From NCBI GenBank assembly GCA_030704615.1, contig CM060731.1, positions 3,410,001 to 3,474,000 on the forward strand: 64,000 nt of DNA, written 5' to 3'. The position numbers were made by a program, and so were the translations under genes. This stretch comes from Takakia lepidozioides (taxonomy: Eukaryota > Plantae > Bryophyta). Shown one piece after another: positions 45,552 through 57,299 of the stretch (position 1 is the stretch's first letter; each line of letters opens with the position of its first letter). The notes under the pieces are model-generated. The model saw only the letters and a list, made by a program, of their open reading frames with translations, searched no databases and was not told the origin of the DNA.

Positions 45552-48500
45552 TTTCTCCTCTTGGAATATAAGGGGTATTGGCTCTGACCACTCAGCCCTC
45601 AAGAAAATTAGGCTGAGAGCATGGCTGGCCCCCCTTATCCCAACTGATGCCATTGTCTTTTTGCAGGAACATAAGCTAGATGATCTCAAACTTAGGAATC
45701 TTTCTGATAACCTGTGGCCTCTTGCCTCCGCTCTCTGGAAGCCTTCATCCGAAGGTTCAAAGGGAGGAACATCCATCCCCCTTCCATAAGACAATTTTTG
45801 GTGAAAGATGAAACTTGGGAGCTGGGTAGAGTCCAATTCTGCTCCCTGTTGCTCCCGTCAGACCCGGAACCCTTAGGCCTGGTTAACATTTATGCCCCTA
45901 ATAATTATATGGATCGTTCTGCCCTGTGGGAGTTGATTAACTTAAACATTTGCAGCCATAAGGAAATCAACAACTGGATTCTAGGGGGGGACTTCAATAT
46001 GGTGGAGAATGATTCGGACAGAAGAGGATCTGCGACAGCACCCCTCAACCCGGAGGAAGAGGCAGTTTGGCAATCTCTCCTCCAAACTCACAGCTTGGTG
46101 GAAATCCTCCCTGACACCCATCTCAATCTAGGCTCCTCCCTCATTTCACCTGGTCCAACAATAGGGCACTGGAACACCTCAGTATGGCCCGCCTGGATAG
46201 ATTTTACCTCTCGCTGCCTTTATCCATCAATGCTACTAGAAAGCCGCAGGAACCCATTACCCAAGGTTTTGATCACGCCCTCATTGAAGCTTCGCTGTCT
46301 TTCCCTAACGCTCATCGTAGAGGTAGGGGTATCTACAGGCTAAACTCCTCCCTTCTCAATATTCCATCCTTTAAGCAGGCATTAAAGGATGATTGGCATA
46401 ATTCAGGCAACCATTTAAGCTGCCCCATAGAGAGATTTTCCTCTAAGTTGGCAGCTACCTACAAATGCAGCCAGATCCTTAGTAAAGGCATTGCTGCAGC
46501 CAGAATTAGGAAGGTTAGGGCCCTTAAAAAATGTCTTGGGGTATGCCAAACAAAAATCGAATCTCGCGCATGCGATGACCACACGTTTCAGACCTACCTT
46601 GAGGCCAGATTCAATCTGGGGATCTTTCAGGAACAACAAGAGGAAAAAATGCGTATGCAAGCAGGGGTCAATTGGTCTGCCAAAGGAGAGAAAATGTCTA
46701 AGTATTTCTTTCAGAAAACCAAGCTTAGAAGGGCAATGCAAACCATTCCTGAATTGTATATTGACAGTCAAGGCAACAAATCTTCCAAACCAAAGGAGCT
46801 TTGTGGGTTGGCTTTCAATCACTTCAGCTCCCTGTTCCAAGCAGATCTGGTGGGGGTGGACAACGCCCAATTGCTTTAAGCATGCCTGCAATCTACCCCA
46901 TGTCAATACAGGGAAGGGGATGACCAAGCCTTGTCCAAAGACTTCACCCCTATGGAGCTGGAGGATGCTCTGGACCAGATGTGCAAGGGTAAAACTCCCG
47001 GTCTTGACGGAATGCCAATGGAGTTTTACAAGGCCTGCTGGCCTCGCATCGCTCAAGAGTTCTGTGACATGGAAATGAAATCCACAAGAAAGGTGCTATG
47101 CCAGGTTCCATGTCTCAAGGGGTCATTACTCTCCTTCTTAAAAAATGGGATAGAGCCGACATTAATAACTATAGGCCCATAACGCTGCTTAACGTGGCCT
47201 ATAAAATTATTGCCAAGGCCCTGGCACTCAGGCTCCAGCCCCTTCTCCCTTCGTTGATTAGAACAGGTCAATCCGGGTTTGTTAAAGGGAGGTATATCTT
47301 GGATAACGTCCTTCTGGCCCAGGAGGCGGATACATATGCCAAGGCATCAAATCAGGTGCTGGCACTCTGGCTGCTTGACTTTGAGAAGGCATTCGACAAA
47401 GTGGGTTGGGATTTTCTTCTGGCGGTTCTGCAAAAATGTGGGCTGCCACCCTCGATATCAGTGCGACAGGGTGCCCTCTCTCGCCTTTCCTCTTTCTGTT
47501 TGTGGCAGACACTTTGGGTTACATGTTGAAGGTTAACCCTGTAGTGAGGGGCCTTCAAATGCATGGCTTCAGAGCTGATGCTGCCCTTCAGATCAAAGAT
47601 TCTATGTTTGTTGATGACACCTTTCTCCTGCTTCAAGCTGAGCCAGCAGCCCTGCAAGCAGCCCAATGCACGATTGACACCTTTTGCAAGGTATCGGGTT
47701 TCAGGGTGAATTGGTCGAAAACCAAGGCTCTTCAGGTGGGGGATATTTCAAAGTCTGGTCTGGGGGTCTCCCCCGTATGGGGGGCAAACTTGGGTTTGAT
47801 CTGGCTCAAGGATGGAGAGTCCACCACCCTCTTGGGCCACATCTTCGGGATTAATCTCTCTGAAGACCAACGTCTAGGGCCCACTATAGCCAGGCTGAAG
47901 GGGCAACTAACCTTCTGGGGCTCTCGGTTCCTCTCCATTACTGGGAGGGCTCTCGTGGCTAACCAGATCCTTTTGGCCGGTATTTGGTATTTTGCCTCTA
48001 CTTGGAGTCCCAGCTCTAAACATATCCACGAAATCAAAAAGTGTATTAGGAACTTTATTTGGGGGGGCCATTCGTTGGACTCTAACAAACGTCCCCAAGT
48101 TTCTTGGATTCAAATCATAATGCCCAAGAAAATGGGTGGCCTCGGTGTCTTGGATCCTGAAACCCAGATCAAAGCCCTGTTGGGAAAATGGCTCCCCAGA
48201 TTCATGAGTCCAGAAGGAGGTTGGTGGAAAGTTATGGTGATAGATTCTATTTCCCTCAGTTCACCCCTGAATTCCACTCAATGGTCTCTATCTCTGAGAT
48301 GGATCACTCAAGGTTATCGTCATAAATCCCTTGGCTCCTCCCTTTGGACCTCTATTTGGTTGGCTTGGGGAAGTGCCAACCCTTCCTGCGAAAAAGAAAG
48401 CCTACTTCCTTATGTGAGGTGCTCAGGCAACACCTCTTCCTCAACAAGCCAGTCCCATCAGCTATGGAGAGGAGCCAAGCCACAAGGTGGGCAGGATGGG

Positions 48501-49711
48501 ATGCAAGGGGGCTCTCATAGGTCAGCCATCTATGGTTCAGTACCCCTGTTTCTCTTTCCAGAACTCTTGGCACCCAAAGACTCTCCGCCGGCATTGCCTC
48601 AGTTCCAGACTCGTGGAGAGACATGCTCAGGCAGGGCCCATCCTCTCCATCTATTTATCAGTGGGTGACCACACCTGATCATCATTTTCAGGTCATGTTC
48701 ATAACGGAAGCCTCACGTGTTAACCTAGTGGGTTTTGCATTCAGGGTCCATCCGTATACAGGTGCTCTCTTGCTACACTCATCCGACTCTATCTCAATCC
48801 CAAATGCAAACACCCCACCAGCCAGAATCTGCCACTGGAACTCCAAGCTCAAAGATTTTAATCCATCCCTTCCATCCAACACGCGGGTTCTACCTTGGTT
48901 ACGATCAGGAACCTTCATTTGGATTGGAGGCCAGGCCATCCAGGACTTGCAAATCGATTCGGCAGAATGGCACTGGGAATTCGGGGACAAGATTTGCTCC
49001 TTCTTCAATTACACGGCCAAGGGTGCTTACAGAGCGATGCTGAAGGCCAAGCCTCTAACCAAAAAATGGGATGACAGATGGGGCTTATTCCAATTTATAG
49101 AGGAAAATTGGAAATGCATTTGGGCGATTTGGGAGAAATCCAAACCGGCCAAACTCAGTGCCTTTCTTTGGCAGATTGCAAATAGGGTTTTGAAGGTTGG
49201 GCAATTTCTAAACTTCCAAGAGGCCCTACTCTGCAGATGCTGCCCCATTGGGGTTATTAAATCTTTGGAACGCTGCCTTCTTTTCTGTAAAGGGCCGTCA
49301 ACAATCTGGCCCTTGGTTTGGTCACTTTACACGGTTTGGTCAAACACCGCTCAGGACCCCATAGCCCTCCTGCTAAATTACAACCAAACAACCAAGTCCA
49401 AGGTGTCCACATGCCCAGTTTTCGAGGCCCTCCGCTCGGCAACACTGTGGCAAATCTGGAAGGCTCGGTGCAGATGGACATTAAACAATGCTTCCTCCTC
49501 CTGTACAGAAATCCTTGCATGTGTTTTCTATGATGTTACAATTGCAGCTAAGTTGGCCTGGCAAAAACTATGTGCAGAAGCAGACAAGAAACCAAAACGA
49601 AAAGACTCCCTCCTCGCCTCCTTCAGAGCATCTTGGGGAAGAGGAGGAATCATTTGTTGCATCATTGATACAGAATCCTGTTCATGGGCAGACTCCTTAC
49701 CTGAACTCTAG
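45541..49711 (+). pseudogene. L1 ORF2 (APE endonuclease, reverse transcriptase, C-terminal Cys-rich domain), frameshifted
   Basis: SWNIRG, LQEHKL, NIYAPN, ILGGDFN, ARLDRFY, FDHAL; KTPGLDGMPMEFYK, NYRPITLLN, LDFEKAFDKV, VRQG/CPLSPFLF, MFVDDT; CRCC..LFC, IWKARC. Short deletion between RT subdomains 3 and 4. Confidence 0.9.
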
Positions 49712-51343
49712 AAACACCAATGGGGCACCGTCTTCGGCCTCCCCTGATCTGGACTCGAGAGATATTAACTGGAAGCACATAAACAGGGGATCTAAATCTA
49801 AGTTGATCTTCCTCATATAGACATCTTCAGAGTTTCGCTCCTTGGCCATTCTGGCCTGTGTTCTTACTGTTCGTCGTTCCGTCCGGTTCCATCTACACTA
49901 GGCCACCTCTCTCTTGGAGTCCTTTCGAAGCTATGAACTAATCGCACATTAGCTCTCTGCGCTATGGCAAATCTTGCAACCAATAATAGATGGCTCTACC
50001 AGGCCTGCATGCGTAGCCAGGTCTATTTTCTACCCTGTTATCTGATCGTTGGAATCTCCAACACGGCCTCTGTGTGTTAAGCCTCATGGCACTTGTAAGG
50101 GTTTAATTTTTTCCCTTTTTAATAAATTTTCAGGGCCTCTCATCCCTTTAATTTTTTTATTTTAAAAAAAAAATCCATAGCCCCTGGGGCGTGGGAATCT
50201 TGATTCGCGCAAAGCCCGAGTTACATGACTTTAACTCACGTAAAAACTGCATTGTAGACCTTGTGAAAAGAAAACTACCTACCTATCTGCCCGTAATCTG
50301 AGATTACCGGCCCGAGCCTATGTAAAGCCCCATATTTGCCTAGCCTGAAAATAGCCCATTTCATCCAAAACGGCGATACACATTCATAGTATATTTTTTG
50401 GCGTTTAAAGCCGTTAATCTGTTACAATGATGTTTAGGTTAGGGTTAGTTTAGGCTGGTGGCTTGATCCTGACCCTTCATCATATCGAGGGCTGTAAGGC
50501 AGCACCGTGGGCTTTGGCCTATGATGCCTCGCCACGCGGCAGGCCACTATGGTTAGGGCTTTTGTATAAAGACAACGCCCTGACACAAGGTCAGGGCGGT
50601 GTACTCGGGTGTTGGTGTATATGTGATTTTGGTGTACAAGTTTTGGATGAGAGCTGCTTAGTGTCTGATTCGTGTGTTTGATCCTCCTCTCGCGCGTTGC
50701 TGCTCTTTCCGCACGCCCCTTTGTTGTGCAACTTCGCTTCTTGAGAAGAAAGGAGTATATGCTTCAGGCTTGTTTTATGGTGGAGAGAAGCGAGGTACTC
50801 TAGGCGTGGTGGATCCTGCCCGCACTGTCAGGATCAGTTAGGATCTGCTCTACGTCCTGCTGCCTTAGTGGTTCGCTAATGCGTGTTATCGATGGCGGCT
50901 CCTCTTTTGCCCTATTTCTCCTGCTGCTGTAATTTTGTTGTCTCACGATGTATTGGGGTGGGAGGGGGAGGCTACAGTTCGTGACTTGTCTTGTATATAG
51001 CTCGCAGAGAGGGGGAGAGCTTATTCCTTCAGATTAGCGTGGCACTTGTTATCGAAGCTGATCCTAGTGTAGAGGCTGACCCTGCTGCCATTTCTCATTC
51101 TGTGGTTTGGTTGTTGTTGCCCTCCCGTTGTTTCTCACCCTACTGACATTCTTGTTGTTACTAACACTACGGGCCTGGCAGTTTGTCTTGCCAGCGTCGC
51201 CTCTTCCTGAGCCTGCTGCTTGCGTTCCAGCCCTTGTTGTTTCATCGGGTTCTCCTGGTGGTAGTGATTATGATGATTTAGGGGAGGCAGAGGCCTAGTC
51301 GCCAAGGTTTGAGAGGTCTGACAGCTCTCCCTAGTTGCAAATT

Positions 51344-51416
51344 TGGACGTGACGTGGCGTTGATGCGTCAACGTCACATCCGACGTCAGCGACGGACGTG
51401 CGTCACGTCACGTCCT
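51344..51416. repeat. ACGT-rich nested inverted repeat
   Basis: ggacgtgacgtg ... cacgtcacgtcc enclosing cgttgatgcgtcaacg. Confidence 0.6.
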
Positions 51417-51620
51417 AAACCGACGTTACTGTAAATAAATATGTTTATTTTTTTACTTTACTATTGACTATTTACTATGAGAACCGACGTGGCAACCGAT
51501 GTGGCCTCATTACGTGGACTTCATTAATTATCTGTAAAATTCATATATTATGATTTATATTGTCAATCATCGACCCGTCAGCAAAGATTGGTCGGACAAA
51601 TTTTTATTTTTTTTAATAGG

Positions 51621-51881
51621 TGCGACCACCAGAAGGGGGTGGTCGCACATTTTTTCTTATTTTTTAAATGGGTGTGACCACCAGTAGGTGGTGGTCGCAG
51701 CATTTTCATTTTTTTTTATAGGTGCGACCACAAGCACAGGGTGGTCGCACATTTTTAATTATTTTTTAAATGGGTACGACCACCAGCCAGTGATGGTCGC
51801 AGACTTTTTCTTTTTTGTTATTAGGTGCGACCGCTCCCTGAACACGTGGCGAGGCGTGAATGGACAGCAGAGGCGGTCGCA
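51621..51881. repeat. Left array of 5 palindromic units TGCGACCACC-N7/8-GGTGGTCGCA with T-rich spacers (~51-bp period)
   Basis: Units at ~51621, 51673, 51723, 51775 and 51826 (the last has an enlarged loop containing CACGTG). Confidence 0.92.
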
Positions 51882-52199
51882 CGCCAGGCCTCTCCAGGCA
51901 GTATATAAGGGCCTACCCCTCATTCCCAACCCACTTTTTTCCCTCTCTGTGAGTGCGGTTCTGGGGCTTCTTGGAGTTTGAACTTCGGTGGCCAGGACTG
52001 AGCGTGGGGGGGGGGGGGAAGTGGATTTGTGTGGGGGGAGGAGTTTTTTGCCTTTTTTTTCCTGGGACTGCGAGAGAGTTTGCTTTGGGTACTATACCAA
52101 TAGAGGGTGAGGAAATTGGTCTGCTAGTATATAAGGTTATCAATAGTCTGGGTTTAGTTTTCCGTTACGAGCGCGTCTATTCCGCAGAGTACTTTCATC

Positions 52200-52585
52200 A
52201 TGTTCGGAAACATTGCTTCGAACACAGTGTCAGGGGGTTCCTCGGGAAGTGGGCGTAAAGGTAGGAAGCGTAAACATGCACATGAACGGGATAGTCATGT
52301 CAACAAAAAAACTATCCAAGCGCAGAGGCCGCGAAGGTGGTGAAGCAAGTAGTGCTGGATTATTTGAAGGACAATGACATAATGCGTTTGAATCTTTTGT
52401 ATGTCCGACATGGGAATGAGGGGTTCCTTAGATTCCAGCACAATATGGAGATGAGAATGAGGGAGATTACTCTGGGGCCTCTTCCATGGTACATTGAATA
52501 TACTGGCCAAGTCTCAAAGCGAACCAAAATCATTTGGAGGCAAATGATTTATTCGTTTGTTCATTTATTTGTGATTAATCGTTAA
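52200..52585 (+). CDS. Small hypothetical protein with N-terminal basic NLS-like motif; one-base frameshift in an A7 run
   Basis: TATATAA at ~51902, possible 5'UTR intron (gtgagt ~51949 to ccgcag 52187), ATG 52200: MFGNIASNTVSGGSSGSGRKGRKRKHAHERDSHVNKK; adding one A at 52305-52311 joins NYPSAEAAKVVKQVVLDYLKDNDIMRL..PLPWYIEY. Confidence 0.45.
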
Positions 52586-52599
52586 TGGTGAAAATGATA

Positions 52600-52970
52600 A
52601 ACCAAAGGTTCCTCGATCAAAAAAAATTTGAATGATTTGAAATTTTGCCAGTATGTTCTACATGCCTCTTACATGGACCGGACAAGTATGAGATCAATCA
52701 AAAATGGTTCACAGGAGGAACCAATGGTTACTTGATGTGCCGATTTCTGAATGCTTTCAAACTTTGTCATTGCATTGTACATGCCCTCTTAAAGGTACCG
52801 GACAAGTATGAGTTCGATTTAAAATATTGCAATGGGTGAATCAATGGTATCTTCATTCATCAATTTTTGATTGTTTTGAAACTTTGCCAGTATATTGTAC
52901 ATGCCGTCAAACAGGTACCGAACAAGTATGAGGTCATTCAAAAATGGCTCGAAGGATGAACCTCGTATTT
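52600..52970 (+). repeat. ~120-bp tandem repeat, 3 diverged copies
   Basis: tacatgcc...accg(g/a)acaagtatgag recurs at ~52659, ~52778 and ~52898. Confidence 0.8.
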
Positions 52971-53082
52971 CCAAAAATTATGTAGATTATACAGTGGGTT
53001 ACACATTTAAGTTTTCGCAACTTGAGACCTTTGGTCTACTTCCTACGTTTCTAGCCTTTCTAGTCATCTTCATCTAGATTTA

Positions 53083-53636
53083 TTACTTCGTTGTCGTCAT
53101 CTCCAGATGTTGATGAAGATGCTCCGGGTGTAGAGGACGTGCCTCTACCAATACGGAGAGCTCGATCCCGTATTTATTTGCGGCCATGTTGTACACATAG
53201 TTGATTTTATTGCAACCGGTGGATTGACAAACTGCCACTGCTAGACAGCGTACTAGACTATACATGTTTTCGGATATCCTAGATTGTTGACGAGCGGTTG
53301 ACCCCACAATGTTGTATGTACCTCCTCTGCCCTGTGGCGGAAATGCGGGTTGGCGTAGGAATGCAAGCTAGCTTGATTTTGTTTGGTTTGTGGATCATGC
53401 CTATCTCTGGGCCACAAACGATTTATGTGACACCAGTCCACAAATTTCCTGCAGTCACCAAGCGACCACCGCTGCCCCAACTTCCAAACTTCCCAACCTA
53501 GTTCCGCAAGAATGTTGGGGTCATTGTATATGTCCCAACGAAGTTCGCGCCTCGCCCTTTTGGTTTTTTTTTTAGGAGGTCCAGGTTCATTATCGTCATC
53601 CCTGGGATGACCTCCTTTGTCTTCCTCCTCCGCCAT
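53083..53636 (-). CDS. Hypothetical protein with SV40-like NLS (PPKKKTKRARR); one-base frameshift in an A4 run
   Basis: ORFs 53253-53636 and 53083-53307 fuse to ~184 aa (..LGYPK-NMYSLVRCLAVAV..) if one A is restored near 53267-53270; TATAAG on the minus strand at ~54000. Confidence 0.55.
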
Positions 53637-54064
53637 TTATGGCTCTGGCTTACCCCTACTCGACAGGTGTTTGCTAAGAAAAATGCTCTCCCAACCCTCC
53701 TAAATCGTACCTAATCCTACTCCCTAATGAATTCTCCCCAAGTACTAGAGGCACGTGTCACTCCCTCGGCAGTTCTAAGTGATATGACGCAATGTGCAAT
53801 GAAAAAAACGTGGGTACCAGAAGAGGGCTTCCCGGGAGGTACTCAGCATCGATTTCGTAGAATCCAACGGCCCAAAATACCCCCCACCCAACCAATAACA
53901 CCCCTCTCCACTTGGACTCAATGACAAGGAATGCAACATCCCATCGCCCACCAAATCTTGGTGTGGAGAAAAGTGAGGGAGAGAATGGCCTCCAAGGCCT
54001 TATAAGCCCCCCCTCCACACTCGGGGCGCGCGCTGTCATTATGATTGCGCACGCTAGTAATAGC

Positions 54065-54453
54065 TGCGACCGCCAGCAGGGGTGGTCGCATCTTTTTTTC
54101 TTTCTTTTCGACCACCAGCAGGGGGGTGGTCGCAGATTCTTTTATATTTTTTAATGGGTACGACCACCAGCAGGGGGGTGGTCGTAGATTTGTTTATTTT
54201 TTTTAATGGGTGCGACCACCAGCAAGGGGGTGGTCACAGATTTTTTATTTTTAATAGGTGCGACCACCAGCAGGGAGGTGGTCGCATAATTTTTCTTTTT
54301 TTTAATAGGCGCGACCACCAGTAGAAGGGTGGTCGCAGAAATTTTGTTTAAAACAAATAGGTGCGACCACCACCTGCTGGTGGTCGCAATATTTTCTTTT
54401 TCTTTAACAGATGCGACCACCAGCAGGGGGGTGGTCGTAGGGGGGTGGTCGCA
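54065..54453. repeat. Right array of 8 palindromic units of the same family as 51621-51881
   Basis: Units at ~54065, 54109, 54159, 54211, 54259, 54311, 54362 and 54412; T-rich spacers on the same strand as the left array. Confidence 0.92.
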
Positions 54454-54655
54454 TAATTTTCCGATTTTTTAATATCTACCAACAGTCAGTAGCTCAGTTG
54501 GTTAAGTGCACTGAGTGCGACCCGGACGATTCTGGGGTCAAATCTTGCTACTTGATGGGTGTGGTATGGTTTGTGTATAGTGCCCCATTCCTACGCCTCT
54601 TGGCGCATAAATGAAAGAGGTTATTTTCTCTTCTCACTACTAAGGGGTCTGATTT

Positions 54656-55200
54656 GCAGAGGCTACCAACAAAATACTATGTACTATCTTGGCTAAGATA
54701 GTCAATGCAAACAGAACGGATTGGGATACAAAGCTGCTGACAGCTTTGTGGTCATACAGGACTTCATATAAAGTCACCACTAAGTATACACCATTCCAAT
54801 TAGTTTATGGTATGGAAGCTTTACTTCCAGTGGAATTCCTGTTACCTACCATGAGAACGGAATGGGGAAAGAGAATGGAATTAAAAGATTCAATTAAGGT
54901 CAGGAAACATGAATTATACCATGTGGAAGAAGTACGTGCTGATGCAGCTGATAACATGACCAGAATTCAGATGAAGAGAAAAGAACAGTTTGATGAAGGC
55001 AAATTAAAGACTTTTAAGACGGGAGATTTGGTTCTCTGGTTGCAGAAGAAGGGAAAGATTAAAGCTTCTAAGCTTAAATCACCATGGAAAGGACCTTATG
55101 TCATACAGAAGATGTATGATAACAACACCGCCATGTTACAAACCATTAACAAAGAGATGCTGGGAAGAGTCAATGCCAATAAGTTGAAGGGGTACAGTGG
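54656..55200 (+). mobile_element. Ty3/gypsy integrase C-terminal half
   Basis: AEATNKILCTILAKIV..DWDTKLLTALWSYRT..TPFQLVYG..FKTGDLV..KLKSPWKGPY. Confidence 0.9.
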
Positions 55201-55559
55201 TATCCATGACAAACCATTGCAGCATGATTTGCATGTTGAAACGCAGAAGCAGTCACGGGCTGCGCCAGTGATACCAACGGATTTGTTTTGTCACGTTGAG
55301 ATGTCCCAAACCGCGAGGCCCCAGCACGGGTGTTTGTTACCGTTGGAAAGCCCTCGACGAGGAGGGGAGCACGGGCTTGGTCTCATGACTTTTGGACCTG
55401 TGGTGTGGAAGATGTGGAATTCCAAGTACTTTTGGTCGCTAGAAATTCATAAAAAATAGCAAAAATGACAAAGTGGGCATTCCTGGGACAGTGGTTGGAG
55501 GAGATATCAAAGGAAAGGTATCCGGTTCAAATCTGGTCATAGGCTCTGTGGAAAAAAAC

Positions 55560-55850
55560 TTACTTAGATGACATTGGACACTTGGGCCAACGACACAGGC
55601 TACCCTAGGGCCTAGAGGTTGCACTTGGGCATCAACATAGGAGACGCACTTGGATACGTAGGAAATTGCACTGGACATAGGAGATTGGACTTGGGTTTAG
55701 ATGACACTGGACACTTGGGCCAATGGCATAGGCTACCCTAGCGGTCGCGTTGGGCCTCGACATAGGAGACACAATGGGATACATATAAGATCTTACACTT
55801 GGGCTTAGATGACAGTGGACACTTGGGCTTAGATGGCAAAGACTAGGAGC
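55560..55850 (+). repeat. Short interspersed repeats (GGACACTTGGGC, TAGATGACA)
   Basis: Several imperfect copies between 55563 and 55835. Confidence 0.6.
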
Positions 55851-56431
55851 ACTTGTCGCTAGGATGAGCATATATGACCAGGGCGGGCAGTACAAGCACG
55901 ACACAGCCTATCACAGCCCATCACGCACTAGAAGCATTCGTGTTTTTCCGAATCGACTGCATGTCCAAAACCACTGAGAGAACAACTTTGAGATGTTTGT
56001 TACTATTGTACAGTTGTAACGGATAAATTCGCATTTCTAATGGCGGATAGAAGTTGCATCAATGACTCCGCAGTCGGCGCAATATTCGTGGCGATTTAAT
56101 TCAATTATGTAAATTGTTTTTTTTTTTTAAAACAACAATTACAAGTGGTTTTAAGCACTAGAGAACGACTCTTAACAACTAGGCATTCATTGCACACCCT
56201 ATTCAAAAATGGAATTTTTATAAGTGCTCCACATGGATCATGACGTGGAATATGTATCTCTGCCCGCTCAGCTGCACCGTGGTGGTTCTTACGAACCAAT
56301 CCCACATTACCTGACTACAGATATAAGCACACACAAAGGTCTTCTTGGGTTCATGGTCAGTCTAATCCGCAATGGGTCATGACACAAGGTAGAGGACAAT
56401 GTGGTGAGGGCACCTTCTTCTTCAAGCTATT

Positions 56432-57260
56432 TCAGCCTGTTTTGCCGAGATGTAGTGTCGTGGAGTGCGATGCTTGCAGGGTATGCATAGCAGGGACGTG
56501 GGATGGAGGCTTTGGAGACCTATGAAGTTGCGAAGGGAGAGTTTGATAACATGGCTGAACGAGATGTTGTCTCAAGGAACACGCTGAATCTTGCAAGATA
56601 TGGCCAGCATGTGTGCGGGATGAGGGCATTGGAGACATATGAGCAAATGTTGCGAGAAGGGGTGCAGCCTAACCGGGTCATGTTCATTTGTGTTTGCAAT
56701 GCATGTGCAAACTTGGCAGCCCTGGAGACTTGGTAAAGGGCAAAGAGGTCCATCGTGACATCGTCAAAGCTGGAACTGTACCAGATGTAACAATACCTCG
56801 TCGACATGTATGCCAAACGTGGGAGCATTCCCTTGTGGACAAGGAGTGTTTCAACAATATGGCTGAGCGAAATGTGGTGTGGTGGAACGTGATGATCGCA
56901 GGACATGCACAACATGGGCGGGGATTGCGGGTTTTGGAGACCTATGAGCAAATGATGTGGGTCTAGGGGGTGAAGCCCGAGCACATTATGTTTGTTTGTG
57001 TTTGTAGTGCATGTGCGAGCCTGTTGGAGAAGGGCAAAGAGGTCCATGGTTGCATCGTCAAAGCTGGAATTGAGGTAGATGTCATTTTGAACATGAATAC
57101 CCTTCTAGATAGGGAGTGTTCAACAATATGGCTGAGCAAAATGTGGTGTCGTGGAAAGTGATGATCGCAGGACATGCACAACAGGGGCGGGGATTGCAGG
57201 TTTTGGAGATCTATGAGCAGTTGATGTGGGAGGGGGTGAAGTCCGACCACATTACGTTCA
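56432..57260 (+). pseudogene. Degenerate PLS-class pentatricopeptide-repeat (PPR) fragments
   Basis: FDNMAERDVVS, ALETYEQMLREGVQPNRVMFICVCNACANLAALE, GKEVHGCIVKAG, RNVVWWNVMIAGHAQHGRG; multiple frameshifts and stops. Confidence 0.88.
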
Positions 57261-57299
57261 GAGAGTTCAAATGCCTCTCCACCATGACCTTGCTTAGCT

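Larger units (their letters stand above)
42340..50173 (+). mobile_element. Near-full-length L1-clade LINE with frameshifts (5' boundary approximate)
   Basis: ORF1 pieces from ATG 42738 with CYYCGRMGHLKAVC zinc knuckle; ORF2 pieces 45541-49711; AATAAA at 50121 and A10 tail at 50164-50173; no TSD located. Confidence 0.92.

Noticed and set aside
50432-50454. Telomere-like TTTAGG/TTAGGG patch
   Set aside because: Only ~3 imperfect units; not distinguishable from chance.
50493-51323. Possible solo LTR (TGTAAG...CTGACA with internal TATA)
   Set aside because: Flanking 5-mers (agggc/gctct) do not form a TSD and no second copy is in the window.
51621-54453. CRISPR array interpretation of the palindromic repeats with spacers
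   Set aside because: Spacers are mutually similar low-complexity T-tracts rather than unique sequences, no cas genes are present, and the context is eukaryotic.
54635-54655. CACTAC start next to the integrase fragment (also CACTACAA at ~61464) as further CACTA termini
   Set aside because: No matching inverted partner or TSD found in the window.
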